Assembly (NCBI GenBank): GCA_964612165.1
Contig: CAZTDC010000001.1
Coordinates: 1-62,073 of the forward strand
Source: an uncultured Salinivenus sp.
GTDB taxonomy: Bacteria > Bacteroidota > Rhodothermia > Rhodothermales > Salinibacteraceae
DNA: 62,073 nt
Reading direction: 5' to 3'
Shown: piece by piece, positions 59,857-62,073 of the stretch
How positions within the stretch are numbered: position 1 is the stretch's first letter
How the letters are laid out: each line of letters starts with the position of its first letter
Notes under the pieces: model-generated
Told to the model about the DNA's origin: nothing
Databases searched by the model: none
What the model saw: the letters and a program-made list of their open reading frames with translations, nothing else
Made by a program: the position numbers and the translations under genes

Positions 59857-62067
59857 CTATTTCCCGACGTCCATCTCGTGAACGCCCTTCCAGCTGGCCG
59901 GCAAACTCTCGCCTGCCCGCTCCTCTACCCGTTTCTGATACAGATTCGCTGGCCCATCATCGGGATTGGCACGGAGAATTTCCCCGAAGGCCTGTCGAGC
60001 CTGAACCCAGAGCTGAGAGCGATAGGCCTCTAGTCCCTCCTCGAACGTGTCTCGCAGATGCTCTTCTCGCTCGGACAGCTCCCCGACCGGCGCGAGGACC
60101 TCATAAACGCGAATGGGCTCGTCCTTTCCAGTCACCCGAAGCAAATCCAGCTCACGAACCTCAATGGCATCCTGTGCCAGTTCGTAGGTCGACTGGCTAA
60201 TTAGAACGCGCGTACCGTACTGTTTGTTGGCGGGCTCCAACCGGGCCGCTACATTGACCGCATCTCCGATCGCCGTGTAGTCCACTCGGCGCTCCGTCCC
60301 AATGTTGCCCACGACGATGCGGCCGGTGTGAATGCCAATGCGCGAGCGAAACGACGGGCGGTCACTGTCCTCGGAATCCCCATAGTATTCCGTTAGTACG
60401 CGGTCCACTTCGAGCGCGGCTAGACACGCTTGCGCAGCGTGATCGTCGTGACGAACCGGGGCCCCGAAGACAGCCATGATGGAGTCGCCAATAAACTTGT
60501 CGACCATCGCGCGGTGATCGAGGACCACATCGGTCGCGATCCCAAAATACTCGTTCAGTTCTTGGACCACCTCCGGCGGACTCAACTGCTCGGCCACCGA
60601 GGTGAAGCCCTTGATGTCGGAGAAGAAAACCGTTCCTTCCAGCTCCTTCCCGCCGAGCTTCATGGCTTCCGGATTCTCGACAACCTCATCGACGACCTGC
60701 GGACTCACGTATCGCTGAAAGAGTCCCCGGAGCTCGCGGCGCTTGCGGCCCTCCACAGCGTAGCTTACCGCCGAGGTCACGGAAAACCCAGATAGAAGCC
60801 CGAGCAACGGGGCCACAACCGGCATCCACCACAGCAGATAGTAAAATGCAGCAACGGCCCCTCCAAGATACAGAGCCGTAATGCCAACCATGGCGGCAAA
60901 GCCTCCTCCAATTCGCCCCGACCACGCCACGACGAGCCCGGCGCCGGTCGCAGTCAGAAGCAACACCAACAGATAAACCCAAAACCCGGAAAGGTCTTGG
61001 AGATAGTGTTCTTGATAGAGGTTGCTTAGGAAGGTCGCAAAAATCTCCATACCTGGGTAATCCCCACCGCCCCCGTACGAGGTACCCTCCACGCCAACCG
61101 GCGTCGAGTGCAGGTCGTACAGACCGGCAGCCGTAGCCCCCACAATGACGGTTTTGTCCTTAAACCGACTCGGCGGCACGTTGGGGTCTTGCCCCAACTG
61201 CAACTGGGCGGCCGATACAATAAGTGACTTGATAGAGATGTACTGGTCCTTAAAGACGCCGTTGACTCCGCCGGGCCCGTACCAGTAGAGCAGAAAGGAT
61301 CCCGACGGCCCGAGCGGCAACTCTGAAAGGAGCGACGACACGCCCCCCTTTGCCGGGTCGGCACGCATTCCTGCAAGCCCCAAATTTGGAATGACAAGGC
61401 TGTCGGACAGCCGGTAAGCGAGCGGCAAGCGGCGCACCACTCCATCCCCGTCTGCCCGCACGTTGGTGCCTCCGAGAGCGGCTGCCCCCTCCTGGAAGGA
61501 CGGGATCGGAGCGAGTGCCCCACTATACGACGGCATCCGAAGGGTCGACCGCTGCTCCCGCTTGAGCACGTGCGACGAATCTAAAGGGTTTTTCGTCGTG
61601 TCGGTGGGGGTCAGCTGGGTGGCCAGCGCCACGTTCCCTGCCTCGGTCATAGCCTTTGCAAACCGCTCATCGGACTGTTCAGCACTGACGTTGGCTCGTG
61701 GAAAATCGGCCTCTGGAAAAAGCACGTCGAACAGAACAGCACGGGCGCCCCCTTCGCGAAAGTATTCGACGAGTGTGCCGTAGAATTCGCGCGGCCAGGG
61801 CCATCCCACCTTCATGCGACTGCGGGCAAACGAAATGCTCGCGTCGTCGATCGTCGCCAGCACGATGGAGGAGTCAACAGCGGCTGGCTGACTCGCATAT
61901 TGAAAGCGAGCGTCGAGAGTAGTCCGCTCCAGTGATTGAAGCACGCCGCCGGCGTGGAGAAGGGCGACAAAAGCAAACGCGACCGCAGCACAGACGACTG
62001 CCCGAAAGGAACGACTCCACTCGTCCCGGAAAAGCGCATCCAGAAGGTCCCATCCTCGTTCGAGCAT
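59857..62067 (-). CDS. CHASE2-domain class III adenylate cyclase with TPR-like tail
   Basis: CHASE2 (IDD, WPWPR, FDVLF, DGDGVVRR, YPGME), 3 TM, FFSDIKGFT, KFIGD, GNIG...DYTAIGDAVNVAARLE; the frame is open to the window edge, so the true start may lie upstream. Confidence 0.93.
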   Translation of the reverse strand: MLERGWDLLDALFRDEWSRSFRAVVCAAVAFAFVALLHAGGVLQSLERTTLDARFQYASQPAAVDSSIVLATIDDASISFARSRMKVGWPWPREFYGTLVEYFREGGARAVLFDVLFPEADFPRANVSAEQSDERFAKAMTEAGNVALATQLTPTDTTKNPLDSSHVLKREQRSTLRMPSYSGALAPIPSFQEGAAALGGTNVRADGDGVVRRLPLAYRLSDSLVIPNLGLAGMRADPAKGGVSSLLSELPLGPSGSFLLYWYGPGGVNGVFKDQYISIKSLIVSAAQLQLGQDPNVPPSRFKDKTVIVGATAAGLYDLHSTPVGVEGTSYGGGGDYPGMEIFATFLSNLYQEHYLQDLSGFWVYLLVLLLTATGAGLVVAWSGRIGGGFAAMVGITALYLGGAVAAFYYLLWWMPVVAPLLGLLSGFSVTSAVSYAVEGRKRRELRGLFQRYVSPQVVDEVVENPEAMKLGGKELEGTVFFSDIKGFTSVAEQLSPPEVVQELNEYFGIATDVVLDHRAMVDKFIGDSIMAVFGAPVRHDDHAAQACLAALEVDRVLTEYYGDSEDSDRPSFRSRIGIHTGRIVVGNIGTERRVDYTAIGDAVNVAARLEPANKQYGTRVLISQSTYELAQDAIEVRELDLLRVTGKDEPIRVYEVLAPVGELSEREEHLRDTFEEGLEAYRSQLWVQARQAFGEILRANPDDGPANLYQKRVEERAGESLPASWKGVHEMDVGK

Positions 62068-62073
62068 CGGCGG

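Overview
A 62 kb chromosomal window from an extremely halophilic Salinibacter-like bacterium (Rhodothermota). This is inferred from acidic proteins, a xanthorhodopsin close to but distinct from the S. ruber protein, SusC/SusD genes and T9SS-type C-terminal domains. Mostly housekeeping genes: guaB, an M24 peptidase, miaA, purC, a lolC/E-like permease, pruA, ligA, a rodZ-like gene, tRNA-Pro(GGG) and an addAB-like pair. Also present are a crtO-crtY-xanthorhodopsin cluster, a LacI-controlled alpha-glucan utilisation locus, an orphan GTP-derived pathway (ribA-ribD_C fusion, MDR dehydrogenase, PTPS-like protein, methyltransferase), a baeRF/Balon-like factor and a CHASE2 adenylate cyclase next to an SH3-M48 peptidase. 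The most unusual region is about 15.3-17.7 kb. An apparently catalytically dead tyrosine recombinase lies in tandem with an intact one, each preceded by 11-6-11 dif-like sites. G/C skew appears to invert here, and a non-palindromic intergenic 12-mer (TCCGTTATTGCA) points toward this locus from both sides. Together these suggest a possible non-canonical replication-terminus or dimer-resolution module. All family calls come from reading motifs by eye; no searches were run.
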